Shown one piece after another: positions 22,893 through 33,675 of a DNA stretch of 64,000 nucleotides (positions are counted from its first letter, which is position 1; every line of letters starts with the position of its first letter). Location of the stretch: positions 128,001 through 192,000 of the forward strand of contig CAXXFK010000011.1 of the NCBI GenBank assembly GCA_963663965.2, read 5' to 3'. The translations under genes were made by a program, and so were the position numbers. The DNA comes from Sedimentisphaerales bacterium (GTDB lineage: Bacteria; Planctomycetota; Phycisphaerae; Sedimentisphaerales; SM23-30). Under the pieces are notes generated by a model. It saw only the letters and a program-made list of their open reading frames with translations. It was not told the origin of the DNA and searched no databases.

Positions 22893-25800
22893 TTAATTTA
22901 TTGAAACGCCAATCTGGGCCTCCCATGCCATGGGATTACTTCCAGCGACGCCGGAAATCATATTGTTTCGATGCAAAACCATGCCAGATCCATCGGCCTC
23001 TGCCGGCCAGGGCGACTGATCGAAATAAATCACTTCATCGATTGTCACCCAGGGGATCTCGGTTCCGCCTGGATCCAGTAGCAACGGCTGCCTCAGCGTA
23101 ATGCGGCCGGTTTCATTGGAAAGTTCTCCTTCCAGGGACCGATAATATCCAGACCGCGGTTAAAATCCCCGCTGATAATTGGCTATAAACTGCGCTAATT
23201 CCACTGACTGCGATGGATCAAAGCCAACCACAATGACTTTTTTGCCGGCGGCCAGACTGAAATCAGACGGGAATGCAAATTCGACATCGCCATCCAGTTG
23301 CCAGGCCCCACCTTCGCCTGAGAAATCAATTTCCCGTCCTGTGGGATTATACAACTGGATATATTCATATTCACCGGTTTCATCGGGATGATACATCACC
23401 TCACTGATCAGGATATCCTCAAATGGTTCCACATTCGCCGAACCCGCAGAGGCAGGCATGCTCAACCACCACTCCGCCCTATCCGGATACCGCCCAATCG
23501 AAATAGCCACTCCTTCCGCCGTCGCGTTCTCCTGGCCTTCAAATCGGACATAATCGACAATCCGATCACGGGCATCTCCCGGCAGATAAGACAGAATAAC
23601 CTGCTCTCCGGCTTTATTTAAACCAAATCCATTAGTGATCGGATTATGAAAATCATGGACTTCATCCAGCACCAGATAGCTCCCCGGTTCGATCTGCCGG
23701 CCTGCAAGCGAATACTTGGTCAATCGCTCAGGATCATCGCTCAAATACCAATCCTGCAGCGTTTGGGTTACTTCACCGGCATTGACCAGTTCAATCCAGT
23801 CGTTGGAATCATATTCAGGGTAGGATGGATTCTGATAATCCGTATGCGCCTTGATCTCATTGACCATCACGCTGGGAGCAATCATTTCATCCGCCCTGCC
23901 CGGCGATCCGTGCAACCGGGCGCTCATCCGCCAGTTCCGATGATAGCTTAACGATCCATCATGCTGATCGGCATAGGTTATATCGAGCGGTACCAGCGAA
24001 TGACCCGCGCCATCGGCCGCCTGGGGCCATTCACGGCCATCCTGATAACTAAAGTCCAGGATATCCCCATTCCAGTAATCGGTTACCCGGATTGTCTCTC
24101 CGCTATTGGAAAGCTTGCCCGAATAACTGCCGGCTATCCGATCGGAATAATCAGTGCCATAACGGCTCTCGAACGCTGCCTGATTTCGTACTATCAGAAC
24201 ATACTCATCTTTGTTCAGGGTTGTTATCGGGCCATCGGCAAAATGGAAAGTAATCCCATCGGTAATCTCGACCCCGGATAAATCCAGAGCTTCATCCCGG
24301 TATTCTGAAACTCAATAAATTCATACTCATCCGAATCTACCGGACTGCCATCCATCGGCAGCGGATTGTACATCAGTTCGGTAAGCCTCAAATTCTGCAC
24401 CAGGCCGGCCCCTAATGGCGTTCCTGCCACAAACTGAACCGGGCTGGACCAGTGGCTCCAGCGCCCCGTATTGTCTTTCATCTGGCAACGTACGCGATAA
24501 AGACGTCCCATTTGCAAAACCGATCCCGGTATGGTTACCTGACTATCAAAGCGATCAATCTCACCGGATTGCCATACCGGTTGGAGTTCGTAAGCCCGTT
24601 TTTTCAAGGTAGGGACCACCGGGACTTGCTCCTCATAACTGGCAGCCAGCTTCATATCAAAGAAGCAATCAGAACTGCCGGCATCGACATTAATCACATG
24701 AACAGCAATTTGATTCTCACCTTCTACCAGATATTGAGCAACGTTTTCTACAATAAAGGCATCATAAGTATTTTCGTCGCCCCGATACGGATACCCATAT
24801 TGAGACAACAACGCATTATACGGCAGATTCTCTTGCGGCACATTGGCCGACAACACCCGATGCCCGTTGATCCAGATATTGAAACCATCATCGTATAAAA
24901 CGAAAAATCGCAATTGGGCAATATCCTCCGGATGGGTCACCTGGAATGTTCGACGCATATAAAACGTGTAGAATTGATTCCGCATCGTCAACGGCGAACC
25001 CATCGAAACCGCCGGATCATATCCGACCGGCGCCGGGCCTTCTTTCCATGACGTCGTCGCGGGATTGTCATTATAACCGGCCAGACGCCACGCCCCGGGT
25101 TCCGTGGAAGGTTCGGAACGCCCTTCAAAATAACGCCAGCTGGAATACGGCTCGATCAGCACAAAATCGCTGGATTGCTGATTGGCCGCCAGATCCGGAT
25201 CGATCTCCGCGATCCGCCACTGCAGCGCGGCAAAGGTATTGGCACCCTGTGGATCGGAAAATGCTGTTGTGCTGAATTTCAAATCGTTCAATGGATATCC
25301 CGGACTGCCGGCATAAGTAATCACCGGTGTCGCCGGCAATGCCGCCGCGTCCCCTTCCGCGTTGGCCAGTTCATCGAGATGATAATCCGTGCCCGGCCAG
25401 CTCCAAACGCCGCTTTCCCAGGCAAATTGTTTCATCTTGGCCGCAATCGCCTCGATGCTGCCATCGTCACGGCTGCCGCCTTCCGTTGGATTCAGACGCC
25501 ACCGGTCCCGTTCGGCAGAAACCAGCGGAGCGATTTTATTGACCATCTCATCCAGCATGTAATCGATCACCTCCGGCTGCCAGTGCAAATCGCGAAATTC
25601 CCGTATCGTATTCCGTAACTCCTGCCGGATGGATGCTTTCTCGGGCTGGATCGTCAATTGCACCAGACCGTCATTATACGCCTGATCATAAACCGCCGCG
25701 GTCGCGTGGTCCACCCCCATATTCCAGTACGGCCCCCAGGTATCATCCACATCGAACGGCAAGACCCACAGTTGGCCATACTGATTGTTCGCCGGTGTAT

Positions 25801-28800
25801 AATTGGGATAAAAATACCACGCTACGTTTTTCAAACAATGGAAACAGGTCGGACCCGAAAATAAATCGTAATGCCGGATCGCCTCACTCACCGTTTTATA
25901 CCGGTACCAGGCATCCGTGTCCAGCCAGGCCCGTACCTGGTCCGCCGTCGCACTGGCATTCAAATTCCAGCGAATAAACTCATAATCCGCACCTTCTGTC
26001 ACCGCGTTCTGAGCCTGATAGCGTAATTGACGGTACCCTTCATAAATCTTATCTGAGAGCTTATATAAATTGCCGGCCGGCATCCCATGGTTATCCAGGA
26101 ATGCACCGTCATAATCTTCCCAGGCGATATAAATCCCATGGAAATCTCCCTGATACTGGCCATAAGTCCCAGTTGGCGCTTCCTCGGCGCCATCAATCAC
26201 GCGGAAATGGAACCAATATCCCTCCGGAGCAGGTAAACCCGCAATATTCCATAATTTCATATCGATCAGTTCGTTGAGGCCATAAAAACCTTCCATCCGG
26301 TTGCCGAACATTTTGCCCGTCACCAGATGCTGCCAGCGCTCCGGAAATTTTTTGCCATGGATATCACGGGCCTGAAAATAATCACCACGGTTAAATCGGA
26401 ATTTCATCGAACGCTTATTGCCATAATAGCGTCCGTTTCCGCCTCGTGCGCGGTAGGCCACATGGTCATATACCTCGCCATCATAAACGAAACAGCATTC
26501 CCAGTTATACGCCTTACCCGCCTCCTGATTATTATAACTGGTGGTGCTTTGATTGATCTGATCGCCCGAACTATACCCGCTGCATTGATAGTAATCGGCG
26601 CCACGCGTCAACATGAAATAAACTGGCACCGAGGTCATCACCTCGGACGGATAAGCATAGCCCACACCCTGCGGCTGTACGGTGTCGCGCGTAATCACGT
26701 AATCCGGCACACCATCATAATAAAACGCCGCGAAATTCATCCTGCCATCATCATAATAGGGCACACGAACCTCTGTCCCGTGGCCATCTCGCGCCACAAT
26801 TCGGTATCGTAATAAATAACGGTTCGGCTGCCCGTTCACAATCACACTATAGGTATTGTCATTTGCCGCCTCATCGCCATGCGTTCCATCATCATACATC
26901 GTCATTGTTGTCCAGTTGGCCGCGTTTTCAAAAGCCGGATTGATCGGCTGGCGCTGATGAGGCTGGGATAATAGCGATGAAATCCCCACCGGAAGATACG
27001 CCGGGATAAACGCGCCCGGTGCGACGATCTGGATCCTGGCCTCTACCGATGCCACGCCATCCGGATCGGTTACTTTGGCCGTTATGAGCATGGCCTGCCC
27101 CGACCTCGGCTCCGATCGATTCTGATTGATCAATGGATTGATCACCCGATGCGAAACCTGCCTGATCTGCGGCGGTATCGTCGGACTGAATACGCTGTTG
27201 CCAAACCCCGGGGTGGGTACGCCATAGGCCAGATCGAACTCTGCCTCATGATAGCCCGACGCACGCCAGCTGCCGCCCAGATCGTTATCCAGATCCGGGT
27301 GAATCAACTCCATAGACGCTCCTTCGCCATTGGCCGCCACCGGCCAGGGAAACGCGCTGCCATATTCCACCTGATCCACTTTCTCGCCCTGGTTATTACG
27401 CAATATGATGCGTTCACCCTCGTTGCTCAGCTTGCCATCCCAGGGTCCAAGTGCCGTTACCCCGAATTTGTCGTATACGGCCTCTGGATAACCGGCAACA
27501 ACAATAAACTCGCCCGGCTCCATCATGGTACCCGCCGGAAACGTATAAGAAACGGCATCGCTCAGCTGCCAGCCGGACAGATCGATATATTGGACGCCTG
27601 CGTTCAATAACTCGATAAATTCAACCGGTTCGTTATTCTCACCTTCATGATAATGTATTTCATTGATCACGATTTTGGGGGTGTTACGATTCAGCCACTG
27701 ATCCGACATGACCGAATAATCACCAATATTCACCTGGGCGGATCGATCCAGATCCGGGCAGTCATACCCTTCACAGACCAGTTGATCCAGCCACTGCTGG
27801 ATTAACAGCATCAGATCGGCAATATCCACAACGCAATTGCCGCTCAGATCACCCGGCAGACAGGGCCCCGGTTTGCTGATCGTCTTGAAATGCCACTGTT
27901 CGCCCTGGGTTATCCCCCCCCCCGCTTCCATCGCGTCCAGGCGCCAGTAATACTCGCTGTAAAACGCCAATTGGCCGGTCACATAATAACCATCGGTCAG
28001 ATGGTCCGCGACCAGGGACATGCCTTCAGGCGTTTGGCCCAGCCACAATCGATAACCCGCCGCGCTGTAGCCCGGTATCCACTCCAGCCGGATCTGGTTG
28101 GCGGGTATGCCATCCCGCCCATTCTGTGGATATAACAGTTCCGCCAGATAACTTTCCGTCTCAAATTCCCATACGGTACCTTGTATCTTCTGACCGGATG
28201 CTAGCAGAGCGTCAACTCGCCAGTAATACACCCGTTCCCGTTCCAGACCGGTTATTTCATAAAATCTCTGTTCGCCGGTTACCTGGCCCTGGTAGATCCC
28301 TGCGGTACTGGAAGAAGCGCTGTCGACGGCCGCGCGGTCAACACCGAAATACACATCAAATCCGGTGACATCCTCGCCGCCGTATTGCCAGCTTAATTGC
28401 ACATTCCCTGTCGCCACTCCCTGGGCATAATTGGCCGGCGTTGGCTCGGTTGGTTCATAAAACGCCAGGGAATCCGGACCTGCCTGATAATTGGCCTGTA
28501 TCAGATTCTCGCTTAAAGCGAAATCATAAATCCGAAACTCATTAATCCCCCCCACGAGCATCGTATCAACCCACTGTGATCGTCCCAGCCAGTTATTATT
28601 ATCGATCATCTCACTCAAGGAAAAATGCGCCATTCCCCGGCCGGCCTCCACACCATCGATATAAAGAATGACATCCTTTAAACGCCCATACCAGACTACT
28701 GCGATATGATGCTGACCGGCGGTTAAGGAGGAACCGTCAATAATATTTTCCGATACCGTGGGACCATGCCGCCAACCCAGGCGAACACCTGTCCCGCCCC

Positions 28801-29206
28801 CTTTTGGAGTCAGGAAAATATAGCTGCTGTTACCCGAGGCAATCGAAACATCTTCCCCGCCATCACTGGTGCCAAAATCAAATACCCGCTGCCAGTTCCC
28901 GCTGCCGTTCCAGGTCATCCACACTTCAAAGGTCGCCTCGACTCCCAGACTCGATATGATCCCGTTTGGCAGATCCACATAATCCCCGCCACTGCCCGAC
29001 ACCTGCGAACCATTATTACCCAGAATAATCGAACCGTCAGAAAAATTAACGCCGCCCGTCTGATTAATGATAACGCCATCAGCACTGCCAACCGAATCGC
29101 TGGCATCCGTATCAAAACTGTAACGGTGCACCAACCCGCCATGACATAAGGATACCGCTAACACGAAAATAAATAACGTAATTTTGATCGGAAGGTTCTT
29201 CTTCAT
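22893..29206 (-). CDS. Giant secreted CotH-family kinase with N-terminal LamG, dockerin-like pair and LTDs (CotH-2), broken by apparent indels near 24297 and 23130-23173
   Basis: Joins ORFs 24224..29206, 23160..23927 and 22893..23084. Adding one G at 24296-24298 gives NTGDEALDLSG...[11 protein letters not shown]...GKLSNSGE, colinear with CotH-1. CotH motifs RARGG..KRSMKFRF and LWVLPFDVD. Confidence 0.88.
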
Positions 29207-30056
29207 CTTTTTTTCTCGCTCGCGAATTTTAATTTCTCTGTTCCTGCGGAGAGCTTTATTCTAACATATTTCTAATATTTATTCAATTTGTCATAAAAAA
29301 AAAGATAATTTTCATCATATCTTACTCTTGTTATTCAAACAGGATGGCTCTATTCTTCCCTCAGATGCCCGTTTCACAAGGTCAATCCATTTCCATGATA
29401 AAATATTATTCCTTATTCCATAAATACTTATACAACTTAACAGTTAGCCCTCTCCAACGGACTCCTATCGAATAACTTCACAATGTTTACGTCCAGATAT
29501 CTAACAAATTTGTTATAGGCCTTTAATCGTTAAACAGACCATAACTGAACGTTAACAAATTTTGTCAACAGGCAGGTCCAGTATTTCTTCACTGTGAACA
29601 ATCCGGAATGAATCAGGATCCCTCCAGATATCAGTGACTGAAAACTTTATTTTGTAATACGGTATGATCAGGTAATTTGATCACATGGATACATCTGACT
29701 GAGTATCACGATGTCGATGACATAACAACAGTGCATGCATCCCTTTTCTGGGTATAAAATTGAATAACCTGTCAATCTCATGATAGCTATATTCGTTATC
29801 GACCAAATCCGACATCAATATAACTCATTATAAACCAATATCATATATATCAGATCTTTATATTCAAACTGGGCCTGCCTGTCGTGAATTTCAAACCCGA
29901 ATCACCAGGTCCACCCATATTATCCCCCTGATCATATCAACTTTGAGATATGAACCTGACCTGTATGGCGAATCAAGCTGGCCACTTAATCTCGCATTGA
30001 TTTTCTGTCAGGGTGATAGAAACCCCTCTGTAATGGCAATGGCGATTAAGGCAAAT

Positions 30057-30992
30057 TCAAAAATTAGATTTTCTTCTCCTGCTCATACAGAAGGCTCCCA
30101 TCGATAGCAAATCAAAGGTCAGTGGTTCGGGGACAGGCGTCCCAATAAAACCGTAGGTGTTCCCGTTAACCGAGTCGACATAGCTGCCAACAATAACCCC
30201 GTCATTATTGATATCCCGCACAACCAGGGATGAGGCTTCCGGAATATCGATACTCTGATACACTCCCTCATCACAGATAAAACCATAGTCACGCCCATTG
30301 AGCGTGTAGGATCCCACGGTCACGCCCGGATTATTGATGCCAAAGACCTGGGTTCTGGATGATTCGGGAAACAGGATTTCATGCAGACGGCCCTCTTCGT
30401 AAAGTTAGCTTTCTAAATGACCCCAATGCGTGCTATGCGACCATCCCACGATCGGATTAGCCGGATTGATATCCAGCAGTATGGTCGACGTATCAACGCC
30501 AAAATCGACGGTAACTTAATCATTACCGTCATAAAGAAATCCATGATAGTCGGTCCCGTCATAATAATGGCCGGCGATCACTCCCGTATCGTTAATGCCG
30601 CCTACAGCGGTTTGTTTACCCTGCGCTTGCGGATCGTTGTGGTTAAGCGAGATTGCCCCATTGTCATAAACATAAAATTGCCGTCCTTCCCCATCATGAT
30701 AAGGCCCGGTAACCTGATTCAAATTATTGATCCCCTGCGCGGTTGAACTGACATCGATTTTAATGTCCGTAAAATGCTCACCATCATAAATAAAACTCCA
30801 AAACGGTTCATAAACCAGTCGACATGCCCCACCCGCGACGATCCCCCGATCATTGATCGAATGGATCTCCGTGATAGTCACGCTAGAATCCGGATATTGG
30901 ATAGTAGTAAATGCATACTCGGTCAAACCCGCCGCCGAACCAACAGAAATTGCAGCCAGGACAAACAATGAAACCTGCATCGTCCTTTTCAT
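30057..30992 (-). pseudogene. PEP-CTERM surface protein with HAF-like (xINxxGxxxG...F.YDG) repeats, interrupted by two in-frame TAA
   Basis: Single 312-codon frame with a GGAGG RBS and signal peptide. TAA at 30516-30518 (DGND*VTVDF) and 30405-30407 (LES*LYEEG). Ends VPEPLTFDLLSMGAFCMSRRRK. Confidence 0.85.
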
Positions 30993-31131
30993 GATTCGAA
31001 CCTCCAGATAAAAAAGTTATCTCTAAACACAGTCACACTATGAATTGCTAATTTAATATCCTACGATTTAACACGTCCCCAAAGACACTTTTTTAATGGC
31101 TTTCTCTTTTATACCATTAACGATTGATAAT

Positions 31132-31191
31132 GCCCGCTGGGCCGTGAAATAAGTCTTTGACGAGTAAAAACTTGACATGCGAGCGATCAGA
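31132..31191 (-). promoter_or_regulatory. Copy 1 of a 60-bp conserved intergenic motif
   Basis: + strand gcccgctgggccgtgaaataagtctttgacgagtaaaaacttgacatgcgagcgatcaga. Aligns without gaps to 40524, 43401 and 46153; lies ~140 nt upstream of the PEP-CTERM start. A regulatory role is inferred. Confidence 0.7.
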
Positions 31192-31272
31192 CCCGTTTCA
31201 TTGCCAGACAATAATATGAAGGAACTAACAATATTAATATATCGGGGTACCTCTAAAGGATTTTTGCGGTCT

Positions 31273-32538
31273 TTAATTATCCTTTCGGTCTGGTGAGAAT
31301 ACCAGTTTGCTGGAGACAGTGGCATTGCGGTTGTCAGTGGCGGTGAGGAACCAGATGGCGGCATCCTGGGGGGGCACGGGCGCGATGATGGCTTGGTTTT
31401 CGATCCGGGCGGGGATCGATTGCCAGGTGAGCTCGTTAATGGGGATGGTACCGGTGGTATAATGAAGAGTGGCGGCGGTCAGTGTTGTCCGGGTCTGGAC
31501 TTCGGCTTTGATCTGGCCGTTGGTTAGACGGGGTGCGGCGATGATGGGCAGCGGGAGGCCTTCATTGATATACTGATCGATAAAGAGGCCGATCTCAGGA
31601 GGGGCCCAACCGGCTTGATGGCTGTGGGGCATGTTGACAGTGATGCGGTAGTTGCCGTTGGTTTTGACCAGTTGATACGTTTTGGAATAGCTGTCGAGGC
31701 GGTAGAAACGATCGTTGGTGCCGTTGACAAAGAAGATGGGGATTGTAGTTGAGCCGATATAGCAGGAAGGATCCCAGAGCGTGATCCAGCGAGATTTCTG
31801 CTGCGGGGTCATTTCTTCGAATGCGTGCAGCCAGCCACTATTTTCATACAGGAAGCCACAGCCATAGACCGGCACGGCCGCCTTGAAACGATTATCCAGG
31901 CCGGCGACGATACTGGTGAGGTATCCGCCCCAACTGATTCCGGTTATGGCGGTCCGATTCGCGTCGACTTCAGGGAAACTGCGGATGAGCGAATGGGCCA
32001 GAATCACATTGGCAACGGCATGGTAAGGCCACTGGTCAGGGATGGGCTGGTCGATACCGCCGAAGATGACATTATCGCGCAGGGCCGGGCCGCCGTCGGG
32101 TAGTTTCTTTCTGTCCGGGCCGTACCCTGAGAGATCCATTGCAATGGCAGCATAGCCGCGTTTCGCCCAGAGTTCGGCCCAGACATTGAAGGCGGTACCT
32201 CCCCCGCCGTGGACCAGGATGACAGCGGGAAGGGAGCCTGCCCGGGCCGGTTGGCCATTCAGGGTGGCTGGGCTGGCATAATACGCAAAAACGTGGGTTG
32301 GTTTGCCCTGATATGACTCGCCCTGGTATTGCAGAGACCATACGGGACTCTGCTGGCCGGACCATTGATATTGGGGTGGTTCACTCAGATGCGGCAAATC
32401 CCATGGGGTGGTGTCGGGCAGAGATGAGGCGGGCTGAATGATATTGGTACTTTTGGGAGGAGTTGACTGACCGGCGGAAATGATGGCCAGAGAAAGTAAT
32501 ATACCGACAAAATATACTAAAGTTGCCTGCTTAGGCAT
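31273..32538 (-). CDS. Secreted alpha/beta hydrolase (acetyl-xylan-esterase / S9-like)
   Basis: Signal peptide; VILVHGGGG; RGYAAIAMD; nucleophile elbow GISWGG; NGTND (Asp); MPHSH (His). Confidence 0.85.
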   Translation of the reverse strand: MPKQATLVYFVGILLSLAIISAGQSTPPKSTNIIQPASSLPDTTPWDLPHLSEPPQYQWSGQQSPVWSLQYQGESYQGKPTHVFAYYASPATLNGQPARAGSLPAVILVHGGGGTAFNVWAELWAKRGYAAIAMDLSGYGPDRKKLPDGGPALRDNVIFGGIDQPIPDQWPYHAVANVILAHSLIRSFPEVDANRTAITGISWGGYLTSIVAGLDNRFKAAVPVYGCGFLYENSGWLHAFEEMTPQQKSRWITLWDPSCYIGSTTIPIFFVNGTNDRFYRLDSYSKTYQLVKTNGNYRITVNMPHSHQAGWAPPEIGLFIDQYINEGLPLPIIAAPRLTNGQIKAEVQTRTTLTAATLHYTTGTIPINELTWQSIPARIENQAIIAPVPPQDAAIWFLTATDNRNATVSSKLVFSPDRKDN

Positions 32539-32587
32539 ATCAATACTCCATTCATAGTGATTGCAGTTATCGTTTTGTTCGATTCAC

Positions 32588-32760
32588 TTATTCCAGGAAT
32601 TCAAAGGAGAACAGACTCGCATCTTTCAGTTCGAATTCGAGGCTGACCGGTTTGCCGTGGAGAGCGGTTAATCTTTTACGGGTTTCTTTGTCATCGGTCC
32701 ACAGGACCGGCAGTCTTATCCCATCGGCAGTGATGTTCCGGCAACAGTGATGATTTTGAC
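32588..32760 (-). pseudogene. Orphan C-terminal fragment of a glycoside-hydrolase-like gene
   Basis: NITADGIRLPVLW...LTALHGKPVSLEFELKDASLFSFEF resembles the C-terminal module of planctomycete GH32-like proteins (recognition by eye). No N-terminal part is present; the MBL stop is at 32787. Confidence 0.5.
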
Positions 32761-32786
32761 AATCGTATCTTATCATACTCTGGCGA

Positions 32787-33578
32787 TCAGTTGCCGGACT
32801 GTTGACAAAGTTTAATGGTGTGGGTGAGCAGGTCCGTGCTGCCGGTGGAACCGTGGCCGGGGATAATGGTTCTGGCTTGAGGGTAACGTGATCGGACCAA
32901 CTGAACAGAACGGGGCCAGGCGTTGACATCGCCATCAGCAATATTACCTAATCCTTGAGCTGAGATTGCCCTGATCAGGCAACCGCCAAACAGAATCTGT
33001 TCTTTATCGAGCCAGACGACAATATTATCCAGGGCGTGGCCGGGACCGGGATAAAAGAGTTCCAAGGTGCGGGAAGCAAACTTAATCCGACAGAACAGTT
33101 CAAAACCGTGGTCCGGAACGGGCAGTTTTTTTTGTTGGGCAATGGTGATGGTTTGGGCCTGCGCCCAGGAGGTCGCGCCCCTTTGTTGGGTTTCGGCCAG
33201 ACCTCCCATGCAGTCGACATGCCAGTGAGTCGGGATCACTATTTTGATCCTGGCCCCCCACTCTGACTCGACCCAGTTGAGCAGTTCGGCAGTCTGTTCG
33301 TTTGTTACGGGGGTATCAACCAGTAAGGCCTGATCGCCATCGACCAATAGCAAGCCGTTGGACTGTACCCGGCCCCACTGCTCAAACTGGTGCCAGGTTT
33401 GGTGCAGCCAGACGCCTTCTGCCAATCGCTGTAATCTGATATCCGGGCTAATAACAACCTCACGGGCCTGCCAGGAGGGACGGTCACCAGGAAGCCGGGT
33501 AGATTGGCATCCGGATAAGAATACGAATGCTAATAGTAACGTCAAAATCGACCAGGCTCTAACTGACATCCTTGTCAT
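32787..33578 (-). CDS. Subclass B1 metallo-beta-lactamase, predicted lipoprotein
   Basis: SNGLL; VDTP; THWHVDCMGG (H116/H118/D120); GPGHALDN (H196); FGGCLI (C221); LGNIAD; PGHG (H263); lipobox LSGC. Start set to ATG 33578 (GGAG RBS) because GTG 33623 lies inside the upstream terminator. Confidence 0.9.
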   Translation of the reverse strand: MTRMSVRAWSILTLLLAFVFLSGCQSTRLPGDRPSWQAREVVISPDIRLQRLAEGVWLHQTWHQFEQWGRVQSNGLLLVDGDQALLVDTPVTNEQTAELLNWVESEWGARIKIVIPTHWHVDCMGGLAETQQRGATSWAQAQTITIAQQKKLPVPDHGFELFCRIKFASRTLELFYPGPGHALDNIVVWLDKEQILFGGCLIRAISAQGLGNIADGDVNAWPRSVQLVRSRYPQARTIIPGHGSTGSTDLLTHTIKLCQQSGN

Positions 33579-33610
33579 ATTGGAACTCCATTTATAGAAG
33601 GATAGATTAT

Positions 33611-33645
33611 AAAACTGCCACACCCAGTCTATTAAGTGTGGCAGT
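33611..33645 (-). terminator. Intrinsic terminator downstream of the GH92 gene
   Basis: Minus strand ACTGCCACAC-loop-GTGTGGCAGT followed by TTT. Confidence 0.7.
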
Positions 33646-33675
33646 CATATTGTAAACTGTTATAAAATTAAAATT

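Noticed and set aside
29207..30056. 850-bp AT-rich intergenic region as an ncRNA
   Set aside because: No convincing stem, repeat or known motif seen by eye; probably the CotH-2 promoter region plus decayed sequence.
30057..30992. TAA reassignment (alternative genetic code)
   Set aside because: Many intact genes here end in TAA at their expected C-termini (e.g. 2857, 4416, 33676), some followed by terminators. Pseudogenisation is simpler.
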